A program made the translations under genes and the position numbers. From positions 8,367 through 72,366 of the forward strand of contig JAFQZS010000047.1 of NCBI GenBank assembly GCA_017405765.1: a DNA stretch of 64,000 nucleotides, in the 5' to 3' direction. Of this stretch, positions 56,201-64,000 are shown one piece after another. Positions within the stretch are counted from its first letter, which is position 1. Every line of letters starts with the position of its first letter. Below the pieces are notes generated by a model. The model saw nothing but the letters and a program-made list of their open reading frames with translations, was not told the DNA's origin and ran no database searches. The stretch is from Clostridia bacterium (GTDB lineage Bacteria; Bacillota; Clostridia; Oscillospirales; RGIG577).

Positions 56201-57712
56201 CTACTGGTTCCGCAAAAGCTTTGAAAGTGCGGCAAAATCGTCGATCGTGTGCTCATACACGCTTTTATATATCTTGAACATCTCGTCGTAATGCGCTGCC
56301 CATTCGGGGTCGGGCAAAACGGTCTTCGTGATCTCCACGCAGTCAGCCGCAGCCTTTTCTATCGATTCATATTCGCCGATGGCGGGCATCATCATTATCG
56401 CAAGTCCCGCAGGCGCGCCGAAGCTCACTTTTGGCACCTCGATAGGTACGTTTATGACTGACGCCTTTATTTTAAGCCAAATATCGCTCTTTGCACAGCC
56501 GCCCGATACTCTCAGTTTATCGATGGACGCGCCGACGCGCTTCGCCATTTCCATATTGTCTCTAAGCGCGAAGGAAGCGCCCTCGAGCACTGCGCGCATC
56601 ATTTCCGCAGCGTTCGTGTTCATGCTTAGTCCGAAGAACACGCCTCGCGCGTCGCTGTTCCATATGGGGCTGCGCTCGCCCATCATATAGGGGAGAAATA
56701 TAAGGTTCCCGGGTTTTGGCGCGTCACGAAGGATCATCTTGTCCATGATCACATACTTTGTGCCATCTTCGTTTTCACCGCCCATGAGCGCATCGCGGAA
56801 CCATTTGTAGGATGCGCCCGTCGTGCTCATCGCGGCAAACAAGGTGCTTCTTCCTTTGCCGAGACCTACGCCCGTGGAAAGACCGTCAACCAGCATTATC
56901 CTGTTTAAAGGCATCATGAACACCGAAGACGTTCCCGTTGCTTCGAAGGCAAGTCCCTCCGAGAAGACGCCTGCCTCGATGCCTGCGGCCGACGCGTCCA
57001 CATGCCCCGCTATAACGGGAGTGCCCGCTTGAAGCCCCGTTTCCGCGGCTGCCTGTTTCGTCACATATCCAGCAATGCCGTCGCCGTCGAATATTTTCGG
57101 CAGCAGGGAAGGATCGAGTCCCGCGGCTTTAAGCAGCTCGTAGGCATAATCGCCCGTATTTATATCATATATGAGGGCCGTTGCCGCATTGCCGCGGTCG
57201 ACGGTGTATTCGCCCGTCAGACGATACGTTATATAGCCGTTCGCCTGAAGGAACATGCGGGTCTTTTTGAGAAGCTCTGGTTCGTGCCGCTCGAACCACA
57301 TGTATTTCACGGGGAGATGCTGTGCGTCGGCGCTCTTTCCCGTAATGCGGCGCACCGTGTCGTTGTCCACCCTTTGAAGGAACTCCCCGCACTCCGCAGA
57401 AGCCCGTCTGTCCATCCAGATAATTGCTTTTCTTAAGGGACGGCCGTACTCGTCCAAAGGCAGAAGGCACGGCGTCTGACCGCTCACTCCCACTGCCTTT
57501 ATACGCGCGGGATCGACGCCGCTTTTTGAAAGCACCTCTTTTATTGCCTGCGACACGCCCCCGAACCAGTCCTCGGGATCCTGCTCCGCCCAGGACTGCA
57601 CAGGATAACTCACCGGGTATTCTCTGACGGCCTGTGCCACGGCCTTCAGCTTATCCCCAAAAAGCACACATTTCAGCGTTGTTGTGCCTATATCTATAGC
57701 AAGCTTATACAT
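56201..57712 (-). CDS. FGGY family carbohydrate kinase
   Basis: LAIDIGTTTLKCVLF and the C-terminal GG.AKS..W.QI.A.V motif. The start was set to the ATG at 57712. Confidence 0.85.
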   Translation of the reverse strand: MYKLAIDIGTTTLKCVLFGDKLKAVAQAVREYPVSYPVQSWAEQDPEDWFGGVSQAIKEVLSKSGVDPARIKAVGVSGQTPCLLPLDEYGRPLRKAIIWMDRRASAECGEFLQRVDNDTVRRITGKSADAQHLPVKYMWFERHEPELLKKTRMFLQANGYITYRLTGEYTVDRGNAATALIYDINTGDYAYELLKAAGLDPSLLPKIFDGDGIAGYVTKQAAAETGLQAGTPVIAGHVDASAAGIEAGVFSEGLAFEATGTSSVFMMPLNRIMLVDGLSTGVGLGKGRSTLFAAMSTTGASYKWFRDALMGGENEDGTKYVIMDKMILRDAPKPGNLIFLPYMMGERSPIWNSDARGVFFGLSMNTNAAEMMRAVLEGASFALRDNMEMAKRVGASIDKLRVSGGCAKSDIWLKIKASVINVPIEVPKVSFGAPAGLAIMMMPAIGEYESIEKAAADCVEITKTVLPDPEWAAHYDEMFKIYKSVYEHTIDDFAALSKLLRNQ

Positions 57713-58133
57713 AAAACCGCCCCTTTCAATCATAAATTATTATACATTTATTGCCGCACGGCCTTATTCTTATTATACATGTTTTTTCATGTAAAGTAAA
57801 TATCCGGTTCGACCATGGGTATGGCTTTGCTGGTTTCATCTACACTAATTGTTTTATTATAGCAGAAAGGATATAATCGTCACTCATTATAATAGTATAC
57901 TTAGAGGTTTTTGAGGAATAAAAAATAGAATTATTGTTTAGAAAAAAGATTATATAAAGCTTATTAAAGCAATGGTTCTGTTAAAGCTTTGTTTAATAGG
58001 CTGTTTTGCGTTAAACTATACATACAAAACTGTACAATTCTTTTGATGTATAAGTTTAAGCGTATTCTTTGCATTTGGAAACTGTTTTCTGAGTGAAAAG
58101 TACAAGAAAAGTACAATAGCGAACAAAAACACA

Positions 58134-58161
58134 AAAGGAGCAAGGTCGCCCTTGCTCCTTT
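58134..58161. terminator. terminator hairpin downstream of the rubrerythrin/small-ORF unit
   Basis: AAAGGAGCAAGG-TCGC-CCTTGCTCCTTT. A T-rich tract follows on the minus strand. Confidence 0.55.
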
Positions 58162-58190
58162 GAAAAATGCTTGAATCAAAAGCCGTATGC

Positions 58191-58310
58191 TTATGCCTCT
58201 TTGTCTGCCAGCATATTAAGAGAGATATGCAGGTGAATGGCCGCGCATACAAGCGCAGACAAAGCGAGCCATAGCACCAAGAGATCTTTTATTACGTTCC
58301 CTTTTTTCAT
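58191..58310 (-). CDS. possible 39-aa small membrane protein
   Basis: An AAAAGGAGA RBS lies 5 nt before the ATG. The translation is MKKGNVIKDLLVLWLALSALVCAAIHLHISLNMLADKEA. It starts 35 nt after the rubrerythrin stop and is followed by a terminator. Confidence 0.3.
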   Translation of the reverse strand: MKKGNVIKDLLVLWLALSALVCAAIHLHISLNMLADKEA

Positions 58311-58344
58311 GATGGTCTCCTTTTTGCGCGAATATGCTTTTATC

Positions 58345-58890
58345 TTACTTGAAGTATCTGTTTAAGAGGCCAAGGAAAGCCTTGCCGTGACGAGCCTCGT
58401 CCTTCGCCATCTCGTGAACGGTGTCGTGGATAGCGTCAAGATTTAATTGCTTTGCAAGCGTTGCAAGCTCCTTCTTGCCTGCCGTTGCGCCGTGCTCTGC
58501 GTCAACGCGGAGCTGGAGATTCTTCTTCGTGTCGGGATAAACTACTTCGCCCAAAAGCTCTGCAAACTTTGCAGCGTGCTCTGCTTCCTCAAATGCTATT
58601 CTCTTATAAGCCTCTGCAACCTCGGGATAACCGTCGCGGTCAGCCTGACGGCTCATAGCGAGATACATGCCTACTTCGGTGCACTCGCCCATGAAATTCT
58701 GCTGGAGACCTTCAATTATTCTCGGGTCAACGTCCTTTGCAACGCCGATTCTGTGCTCGTCTGCAAATTCCAAAACGCCTTCTTTAACTTCATTGAACTT
58801 AGATGCGGGAGCCTTGCACTGGGGGCACTTCTCCGGAGGAGCGTCGCCCTCGTGGGTGTAACCGCAGATAGAACATACAAACTTAGCCAT
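58345..58890 (-). CDS. rbr: rubrerythrin, reverse domain order (N-terminal rubredoxin-like CxxC...CxxC, C-terminal ferritin-like)
   Basis: [21 protein letters not shown] at the N-terminus is followed by diiron E...EXXH motifs ([12 protein letters not shown]). Confidence 0.9.
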   Translation of the reverse strand: MAKFVCSICGYTHEGDAPPEKCPQCKAPASKFNEVKEGVLEFADEHRIGVAKDVDPRIIEGLQQNFMGECTEVGMYLAMSRQADRDGYPEVAEAYKRIAFEEAEHAAKFAELLGEVVYPDTKKNLQLRVDAEHGATAGKKELATLAKQLNLDAIHDTVHEMAKDEARHGKAFLGLLNRYFK

Positions 58891-59008
58891 AATATTTCCT
58901 CCTATCGAATAAAATAAGTGTTGCGCACAACTATAATATAACGAAACGAAAGAGTATTTGTCAAGCTTTTAACGCATTATTTATTTTGCCTGTTTTATCA
59001 TAGAAATC

Positions 59009-59037
59009 ATTGATATTTGCGCCCGTTTGTGATATAC
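59009..59037 (+). promoter_or_regulatory. sigma-A promoter upstream of glnS
   Basis: TTGATA (59009-59014), a 17-nt spacer and TATACT (59032-59037). Confidence 0.5.
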
Positions 59038-59068
59038 TATTTGCCAGAATTTTTATGGGAGGCGCAGT

Positions 59069-60730
59069 ATGAGCGAAGAGATAAAGACCCCGACTAATTT
59101 TATACATGATTTTATAGAACAGGACTTAAAAGAGGGCAAAGCGGACCATATACAAACGCGTTTTCCGCCCGAACCCAACGGATATCTTCATATAGGCCAT
59201 GCAAAGGCGATATATATCGACTTTGAAACGGCGAAAAAATACAATGGCATATGCAATCTCCGCCTTGACGATACGAACCCCACAAAAGAGGACGTAGAAT
59301 ACGTAGATGCGATAAAAGAGGACATACACTGGCTCGGATTTGAGTATGCGAATATATTCTACGCATCCGATTATTACGAGTTCCTTCTTGAGTGCGCGTA
59401 CAGGCTCATAAATAAGGGGCTGGCATACGTGTGCGACCTTTCGGCGGACGAGATACGCGAGTACCGCGGTACCTTAAAGGAGCCGGGCCGCGAAAGCCCT
59501 TACCGTAACCGCTCCGTGGAGGAAAATCTCGACCTTTTCAACCGCATGAAGGCGGGCGAGTTTGCCGAGGGAAGCCATGTTCTTCGCGCCAAGATAGATA
59601 TGGCTTCAAACAATCTAAATATGCGCGACCCCGTAATATACCGCATACTTTTTGCAAATCATCACCGCACGGGCGAGAAATACTGCGTATATCCGATGTA
59701 CGACTTCGCGCATCCGCTTTCGGACTCATACGAGGGCGTTACGCATTCGCTCTGCTCGCTTGAATTTGAGGATCACCGCCCGCTTTACGACTGGGTTATA
59801 AAGAACGCCGACGCGCCGTATCCGTCGCGCCAGATAGAGTTTGCCCGCCTAAATATGACTTATACCGTAATGTCGAAAAGAAAGCTCCGCGAGCTTATCG
59901 AGCAGGGCATCGTGTCCGACTGGGACGACCCGCGTCTGCCCACGCTTCGCGGCATAAGAAGACTCGGCTATCCGCCCGAGGCCGTTATCGAGTTTATAGA
60001 GAAGAACGGCGTTTCCAAGACAAACAGCGTAGTTGATTACGAGTTTTTGGAATTCTGCGTGCGAAACCGCCTCTCCGAGAGCGCAAAGCGCGTGATGGCG
60101 GTGCTCGATCCCATAAAGCTCGTTATAGACAATTATCCCGAGAACGAAGTCGAGTACGTGGAGGGCGAATATCACCCCGACCGCGAGGATCTGGGCAAGC
60201 GCAGTCTGCCGTTCTCGCGCGAGCTTTACATCGAGCGCACAGACTTTACCGAGACGCCGCCGAAGGGCTATTACCGCCTGTTCCCCGGAAACGAAGTGCG
60301 CCTGCGCCATGCGTATTACGTGACGTGCACTCATGCCGTGAAGGATGAAAACGGCAACGTCGTTGAAGTTCACGCAACTTACGATCCCGCCACGAAGGGC
60401 GGATGGAGCGAGGACGGCCGCAAGGTGCGCGGCACGATACACTGGGTATCGGCGGCGCACGCGAAAGACGTTCAGGCCGATATATACGAGCGCCTTTTTA
60501 GGGAGGCCGACCCCGACGTGTTCGACGATTATCACGAGGCGCTTAATCCAAACTCGAAGGTGACGCTTACGGGCTGCAAGCTTGAAAACAGCTTGGGCGA
60601 GCTTAAGCCCGGCGACACGTTCCAGTTCATGCGCCACGGCTACTTCTGCATTGATAAGACCTCTACGCCTGACAAAGTTATATTTAACAGAACGGTCGCG
60701 CTTAAAGACAGCTTTAAAAAGAAGAAATAA
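59069..60730 (+). CDS. glnS: glutamine--tRNA ligase
   Basis: TRFPPEPNGYLHIGHAK (HIGH), VMSKRKL (KMSKS variant), 553 aa, and a GlnRS-type C-terminal beta-barrel region. Confidence 0.95.
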   Translation: MSEEIKTPTNFIHDFIEQDLKEGKADHIQTRFPPEPNGYLHIGHAKAIYIDFETAKKYNGICNLRLDDTNPTKEDVEYVDAIKEDIHWLGFEYANIFYASDYYEFLLECAYRLINKGLAYVCDLSADEIREYRGTLKEPGRESPYRNRSVEENLDLFNRMKAGEFAEGSHVLRAKIDMASNNLNMRDPVIYRILFANHHRTGEKYCVYPMYDFAHPLSDSYEGVTHSLCSLEFEDHRPLYDWVIKNADAPYPSRQIEFARLNMTYTVMSKRKLRELIEQGIVSDWDDPRLPTLRGIRRLGYPPEAVIEFIEKNGVSKTNSVVDYEFLEFCVRNRLSESAKRVMAVLDPIKLVIDNYPENEVEYVEGEYHPDREDLGKRSLPFSRELYIERTDFTETPPKGYYRLFPGNEVRLRHAYYVTCTHAVKDENGNVVEVHATYDPATKGGWSEDGRKVRGTIHWVSAAHAKDVQADIYERLFREADPDVFDDYHEALNPNSKVTLTGCKLENSLGELKPGDTFQFMRHGYFCIDKTSTPDKVIFNRTVALKDSFKKKK

Positions 60731-60743
60731 TTTAGAGTAAAAC

Positions 60744-60777
60744 GGGGCGCTTCGAAGGGAGCGCCTTTTCATTTTTT
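60744..60777 (+). terminator. intrinsic terminator after glnS
   Basis: The GGCGCT-TCGAAGGG-AGCGCC stem is followed by TTTTCATTTTTT. Confidence 0.6.
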
Positions 60778-60858
60778 GCCTGAAAGGCAGCCGGCAGCGT
60801 TAGTGCGCGGGGATAGTTTTTTTAAAAATCGATAAATACATTTAACATAGGTGTGAAT

Positions 60859-61401
60859 ATGAACATAACAGTATACCTTGGATCGAATACGGGCAACAGC
60901 GACAGATTTATATCGGCAATAAAGGAACTCGGAGCATTTATCGGACAAAGAGGCGATACGCTTGTCTACGGCGGTTCGAAAATAGGGCTTATGGGCATTC
61001 TTGCGGACAGCGTGCTTGCCTCGGGCGGTCCGGTCATCGGCGTCGAACCGCAGATGTTCGTTGACGAAGAGCTTCAGCACAGCGCGATAACAGAACTGAT
61101 AGTGACTGAAAATATGTCCGAGAGAAAGGCAAAAATGATCGAGCTCGGAGACGCCTTTATAGCCTTTCCCGGCGGACTGGGAACGCTCGAAGAGATCTCG
61201 GAGATCATGTCGCTCGTTTCGCTTGGTATTATTGATTCACCATGTATTTTGTATGATCTTGACGGCTATTATAATTGCCTTAAAGAGCTTCTTGATACGA
61301 TGATCTCGTATGAATTGTCTTCAAAGAGAAAACAGAAGGACATCCGTTTTGTAAGCAGTATTTCCGAAATCGAAGAAATACTAAACGGCGTCGAAGTATA
61401 A
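60859..61401 (+). CDS. LOG family (TIGR00730) protein
   Basis: VYGGSKIGLMG, PGGLGTLEE. Confidence 0.85.
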   Translation: MNITVYLGSNTGNSDRFISAIKELGAFIGQRGDTLVYGGSKIGLMGILADSVLASGGPVIGVEPQMFVDEELQHSAITELIVTENMSERKAKMIELGDAFIAFPGGLGTLEEISEIMSLVSLGIIDSPCILYDLDGYYNCLKELLDTMISYELSSKRKQKDIRFVSSISEIEEILNGVEV

Positions 61402-61417
61402 GATCCCCCAAAGGGGA

Positions 61418-61489
61418 GCATTTCTTTTTTATAAAAGTATAAAAAGGGCAAAGATAAAACAGGCGCGACCCAAGCGGCCGCGCCTGTTT
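61418..61489. repeat. about 72-nt direct repeat copy A containing a terminator hairpin
   Basis: It contains the hairpin ACAGGCGCG-ACCCAAGCGGC-CGCGCCTGT plus a T-run. It aligns to 62788-62860, with about 51/59 identical in the core block and one 1-nt indel. Confidence 0.8.
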
Positions 61490-61581
61490 TGTGTACGTTG
61501 TTCTGGATCTTGGGGTGAAAGATCCGATGCTCGCCGTTATTTCGGACAGCGGACGATCTTATCGACAAACAGAAAATCATC

Positions 61582-62703
61582 TTATTCTTTGGGATAGGCC
61601 TCCAGAACACCCGTTATAGCCGGAACAAGCACCTGCTTTCGGGACATACCCGAATCAAATCTGAATGAAGTTCCGTCAAAAGCAGCGTCCGGAAAAGCGT
61701 TCCTTATCACATCCGCTGCAGTATCATCAGACGGCACAATAAAAGTCATGGATATTCCGTCGTGAAGAATGTTTATCTGTGCAAACGCCATATCCATTCC
61801 TGTCGCAGCAAGAGTCGACACAGCGATCTTCTTCATTCGTTCCGACATTTCTTTGGCGTCGTTTTCGTCATAAACATTTATGCAGCCGATAGAAAAATTT
61901 CCCCCTGTTGTTTCATATTCCTTATAGTCGCCAAAAAAGATCTCCTCATCCGTCATTCCTTCATAAGAGATCGACTGTTTATACATTTCGAGATATAAAG
62001 CGTCTTTATCTGAGATCTCCGCCAGATCACAAAGCGCTTTTACTGCTTCACGGTCTGCGGTCGTGGCCGTATTGTTCTCAAAGTTATTCGTGTCTGAGAG
62101 GATCGCGCCGAGCAGCAGAAAAGCCGTCTGTTTATCAAGCTCGATTCCATAATTGCGGTATCGTATCCAGATTATCGTGGCTGTCGCCCCGAGGGGTCTT
62201 GCATCATAGATGATCTGGTTGCCGGTCTCCACGGTCCCGTCGCCGTGATGGTCTATGATGCTTATGATATTTGCTTTTTCCATTCCGTCTGCCGACTGCG
62301 AATAATCACTGTGATCGATCAGGACAATATTCAGGCCGGATGCATCCTCCAAGAGCTTGGGCGTTTCCGCTTTGGCAGATTTTAGAATATACTCTGTTTC
62401 TTTATTGATACCGCCAAGAACTACAGGCATTGCGTCATAACCCATATTTTGAAGCAAAGCCGCGTAAGCGATGGAACAGCAAACCGTGTCCGCATCGGGG
62501 CTCTTATGCCCGGTTACGTAGATCTTGCCTTCGATTTCGCCAAGCCCTTCAAGTTCACTGCGATTAAGAAGGATATTAAGCTTTTGCTCTTTTTGGTTTT
62601 GTATTGCTTCATAGCGCTCTCCTAAGAAGAAACAGCCAATGCCTGCTGCCAAAACAAGCAAAGCGACACATACCAGAGCGATCCGGTGTTTTCTGTGCTT
62701 CAT
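61582..62703 (-). CDS. membrane-anchored DHH/DHHA2 family phosphoesterase (family II pyrophosphatase-like)
   Basis: N-terminal TM helix IALVCVALLVLAAGIGCFFL, followed by GHKSPDADTVCCSIAYA, LIDHSD, IIDHHGDG and GAILSDTNNF motifs. Confidence 0.8.
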   Translation of the reverse strand: MKHRKHRIALVCVALLVLAAGIGCFFLGERYEAIQNQKEQKLNILLNRSELEGLGEIEGKIYVTGHKSPDADTVCCSIAYAALLQNMGYDAMPVVLGGINKETEYILKSAKAETPKLLEDASGLNIVLIDHSDYSQSADGMEKANIISIIDHHGDGTVETGNQIIYDARPLGATATIIWIRYRNYGIELDKQTAFLLLGAILSDTNNFENNTATTADREAVKALCDLAEISDKDALYLEMYKQSISYEGMTDEEIFFGDYKEYETTGGNFSIGCINVYDENDAKEMSERMKKIAVSTLAATGMDMAFAQINILHDGISMTFIVPSDDTAADVIRNAFPDAAFDGTSFRFDSGMSRKQVLVPAITGVLEAYPKE

Positions 62704-62787
62704 ATTCGTTTCCCCTTTGCAAAGTCTGATCAGCTGGAATTATTATACCATCACTATGCAGTATGGTCAATCGACTACCTTTCGGGG

Positions 62788-62860
62788 GCATTCCATTTTT
62801 TGTAAAAGTGACAAAATGGCAAAGACAAAACAGGCGTGACCTAAGCGGCCGCGCCTGTTT
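62788..62860. repeat. about 72-nt direct repeat copy B containing a terminator hairpin
   Basis: ACAGGCGTG-ACCTAAGCGGC-CGCGCCTGT. It lies downstream of the crotonase gene stop. Confidence 0.8.
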
Positions 62861-62942
62861 ATTATTTCATTTATCATTAAATGCGCCGCAAACGGGCATT
62901 GATAACGATACCGACCGATCACGGGCGTACGTTTATGCATGT

Positions 62943-63740
62943 TTAGTCAAGTCCCTTGAATTCGGGTTCGCGCTTTTCAAGGAAAGCGGCGATAGCTTCC
63001 TTCATGTCGGGCGTATCGAGGCAGAGCACGCACTGGATCTCCTCTGCAAGGAGAGCGGCAGCCTGCGAGCTTTCCTTAGCGGCGTTCACGCATTTCTTTG
63101 CTATCTGCACGGAGAGCGGCGGCAGCTTCGCCATCTTTCTTGCCATTGCGATAGTCGTATCATAGAGCTCTTCGGCGGGAACTATCTTTTCAACTATGCC
63201 GTATTCGAGCGCTTCGCGGCCGACTACCTCGTCGCAGGTGAGCACCATATACTTTGCGCGCGCGGGGCCGATAAGCTTGGTAAGTCTTACGCCGCCGCCG
63301 ATATCGGGAGCAAGTCCGTATTTTACTTCCGGCATGGAGAAGCGCGTCTTTTCGGTTGCGATGCGGAAGTCGCACCAGAGCGCAAGCTCAAAACCCGCGC
63401 CGATGCACACGCCCTGAACGCCGCATACTACGGGCACGTTGCAGCGATCCCAGTATTCGTTTAACATCTGCTCGTTGTGAAGATTTTTAAACGCCCACTT
63501 CGGGTTTGCAATGTTCAAGAAGTTTAAGTCTATGCCGGCGCTGAAATGCTTGCCCTCGGCAACTACCGCTATCGCGCGGATATCGCCGTCTGCGATCTTC
63601 TTCGTGATCTTCGGCTGAAGCTCGGCCATCTCGTCGAAGTAGGTCTGCGACATGGTGTTCATTTTCTTGGGATTGCAAAGGGTGAGAACGCCTACGCGAT
63701 CCTCGATGATCTCAAATTTGATATGATTTCCGGTGTACAT
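62943..63740 (-). CDS. enoyl-CoA hydratase/isomerase (crotonase) family protein
   Basis: ...VGVLTLCNPKKMN..., the FSAGIDL oxyanion motif, and a 265-aa length. Confidence 0.85.
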   Translation of the reverse strand: MYTGNHIKFEIIEDRVGVLTLCNPKKMNTMSQTYFDEMAELQPKITKKIADGDIRAIAVVAEGKHFSAGIDLNFLNIANPKWAFKNLHNEQMLNEYWDRCNVPVVCGVQGVCIGAGFELALWCDFRIATEKTRFSMPEVKYGLAPDIGGGVRLTKLIGPARAKYMVLTCDEVVGREALEYGIVEKIVPAEELYDTTIAMARKMAKLPPLSVQIAKKCVNAAKESSQAAALLAEEIQCVLCLDTPDMKEAIAAFLEKREPEFKGLD

Positions 63741-63773
63741 TGTTTTCGCTCCTTATATTTATATTTTTGATTT

Positions 63774-64000
63774 TTATGAATAGGGGTGCTGCATGGCGCC
63801 GAGCATTATTCGGCGGCTCATGAGCGCGCTTTCTCTGTCATGTTCGGGCAGCGAGGGGCTTATAACGGTATCGTAGAGCCTGCACGGAAAATCGGGGCAG
63901 GGCGAGCAGTCGGGCAGCTCGTTTTTTAATACGCAGCAGGCGTATATTTCGCACGTCTCCGCGCCGAAGTCGCACATATGCGCAGGCGCGCCGCAGCTTT
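63774..64000 (-). CDS. Cys-rich DUF3795-like protein, 5' end beyond the window
   Basis: The frame stays open to the window edge (..SCGAPAHMCDFGAETCEIYACCVLKNELPDCSPCPDFPC). The Cys spacing resembles DUF3795. This is a low-information call. Confidence 0.45.
   Translation of the reverse strand, partial: SCGAPAHMCDFGAETCEIYACCVLKNELPDCSPCPDFPCRLYDTVISPSLPEHDRESALMSRRIMLGAMQHPYS

Noticed and set aside
59849-60772. 307-aa minus-strand ORF
   Set aside because: It lies entirely antisense to glnS (HIGH/KMSKS motifs on the plus strand). The composition is Arg/Ala/Val-rich and typical of shadow ORFs.
40243-62850. Shared AAGCGGCCG core in several intergenic hairpins (about 40250, 45489, 47965, 52031, 61472, 62843), considered as a REP-like element family
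   Set aside because: The same 9-mer also occurs inside coding regions (for example about 48497 in E1alpha and about 51433 in E2). It is favoured by the GC-rich codon usage. Without genome-wide statistics the enrichment cannot be supported.
1-64000. Searched by eye for CRISPR arrays, rRNA/tRNA genes, transposases, integrases, reverse transcriptases, phage structural genes, toxin-antitoxin pairs and known defence-system signatures
   Set aside because: None were found. All ORFs of 60 aa or more are either assigned above or are shadow ORFs of assigned genes. Short regular direct-repeat/spacer structures are absent.

Overview
The window reads as a chromosomal segment from a Clostridia-class Firmicute. 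Several conserved Firmicute gene orders support this: rpsF-ssb-rpsR, dgt-dnaG-sigA, and Bacillus-type SRP RNA-dnaX-ybaB-recR. Several SLH-domain wall proteins and a GlnRS point the same way. I support about 65 protein genes, one ncRNA (SRP RNA) and a set of intrinsic terminators and near-consensus sigma-A promoters.

The core blocks are:
- translation and replication genes (1-21 kb)
- thiM-thiE
- a DUF134/NifX/Mrp metallocluster-type pair
- a his operon on the minus strand (28.1-34.3 kb)
- coaX
- an E1alpha/E1beta/E2 2-oxoacid dehydrogenase operon
- a five-gene uncharacterised catabolic operon (52.4-57.7 kb)
- rubrerythrin, glnS, a LOG-family protein and a crotonase

I found no rRNA, tRNA, CRISPR array, transposase, integrase, phage gene or recognisable defence system. 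I cannot point to one clear novel system.

The most unusual observations are:
1. Three separate gene cassettes are each bracketed by a pair of direct repeats that contain a terminator hairpin (41.2/45.6 kb, 47.96/52.03 kb, 61.4/62.8 kb).
2. Two AT-rich accessory patches (about 36.5-38.2 kb and 41.3-43.7 kb) carry unknown-function genes: a tail-anchored protein, an ankyrin protein, an atypical HhH-GPD protein and a mosaic surface protein with four 276-bp tandem repeats.
3. Two full-length primary-type sigma factor genes sit in tandem.
4. The his operon has a HisA-HisI fusion and lacks hisH/hisF.
5. A small reading frame with a ribosome-binding site and terminator is interrupted by one in-frame TGA that is followed by a hairpin.
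6. An FGGY kinase / 2-hydroxyacid dehydrogenase / epoxide-hydrolase-like / BKACE / class II aldolase operon has no obvious known pathway.

All protein calls come from motif recognition by eye in the supplied translations. No database search was run.
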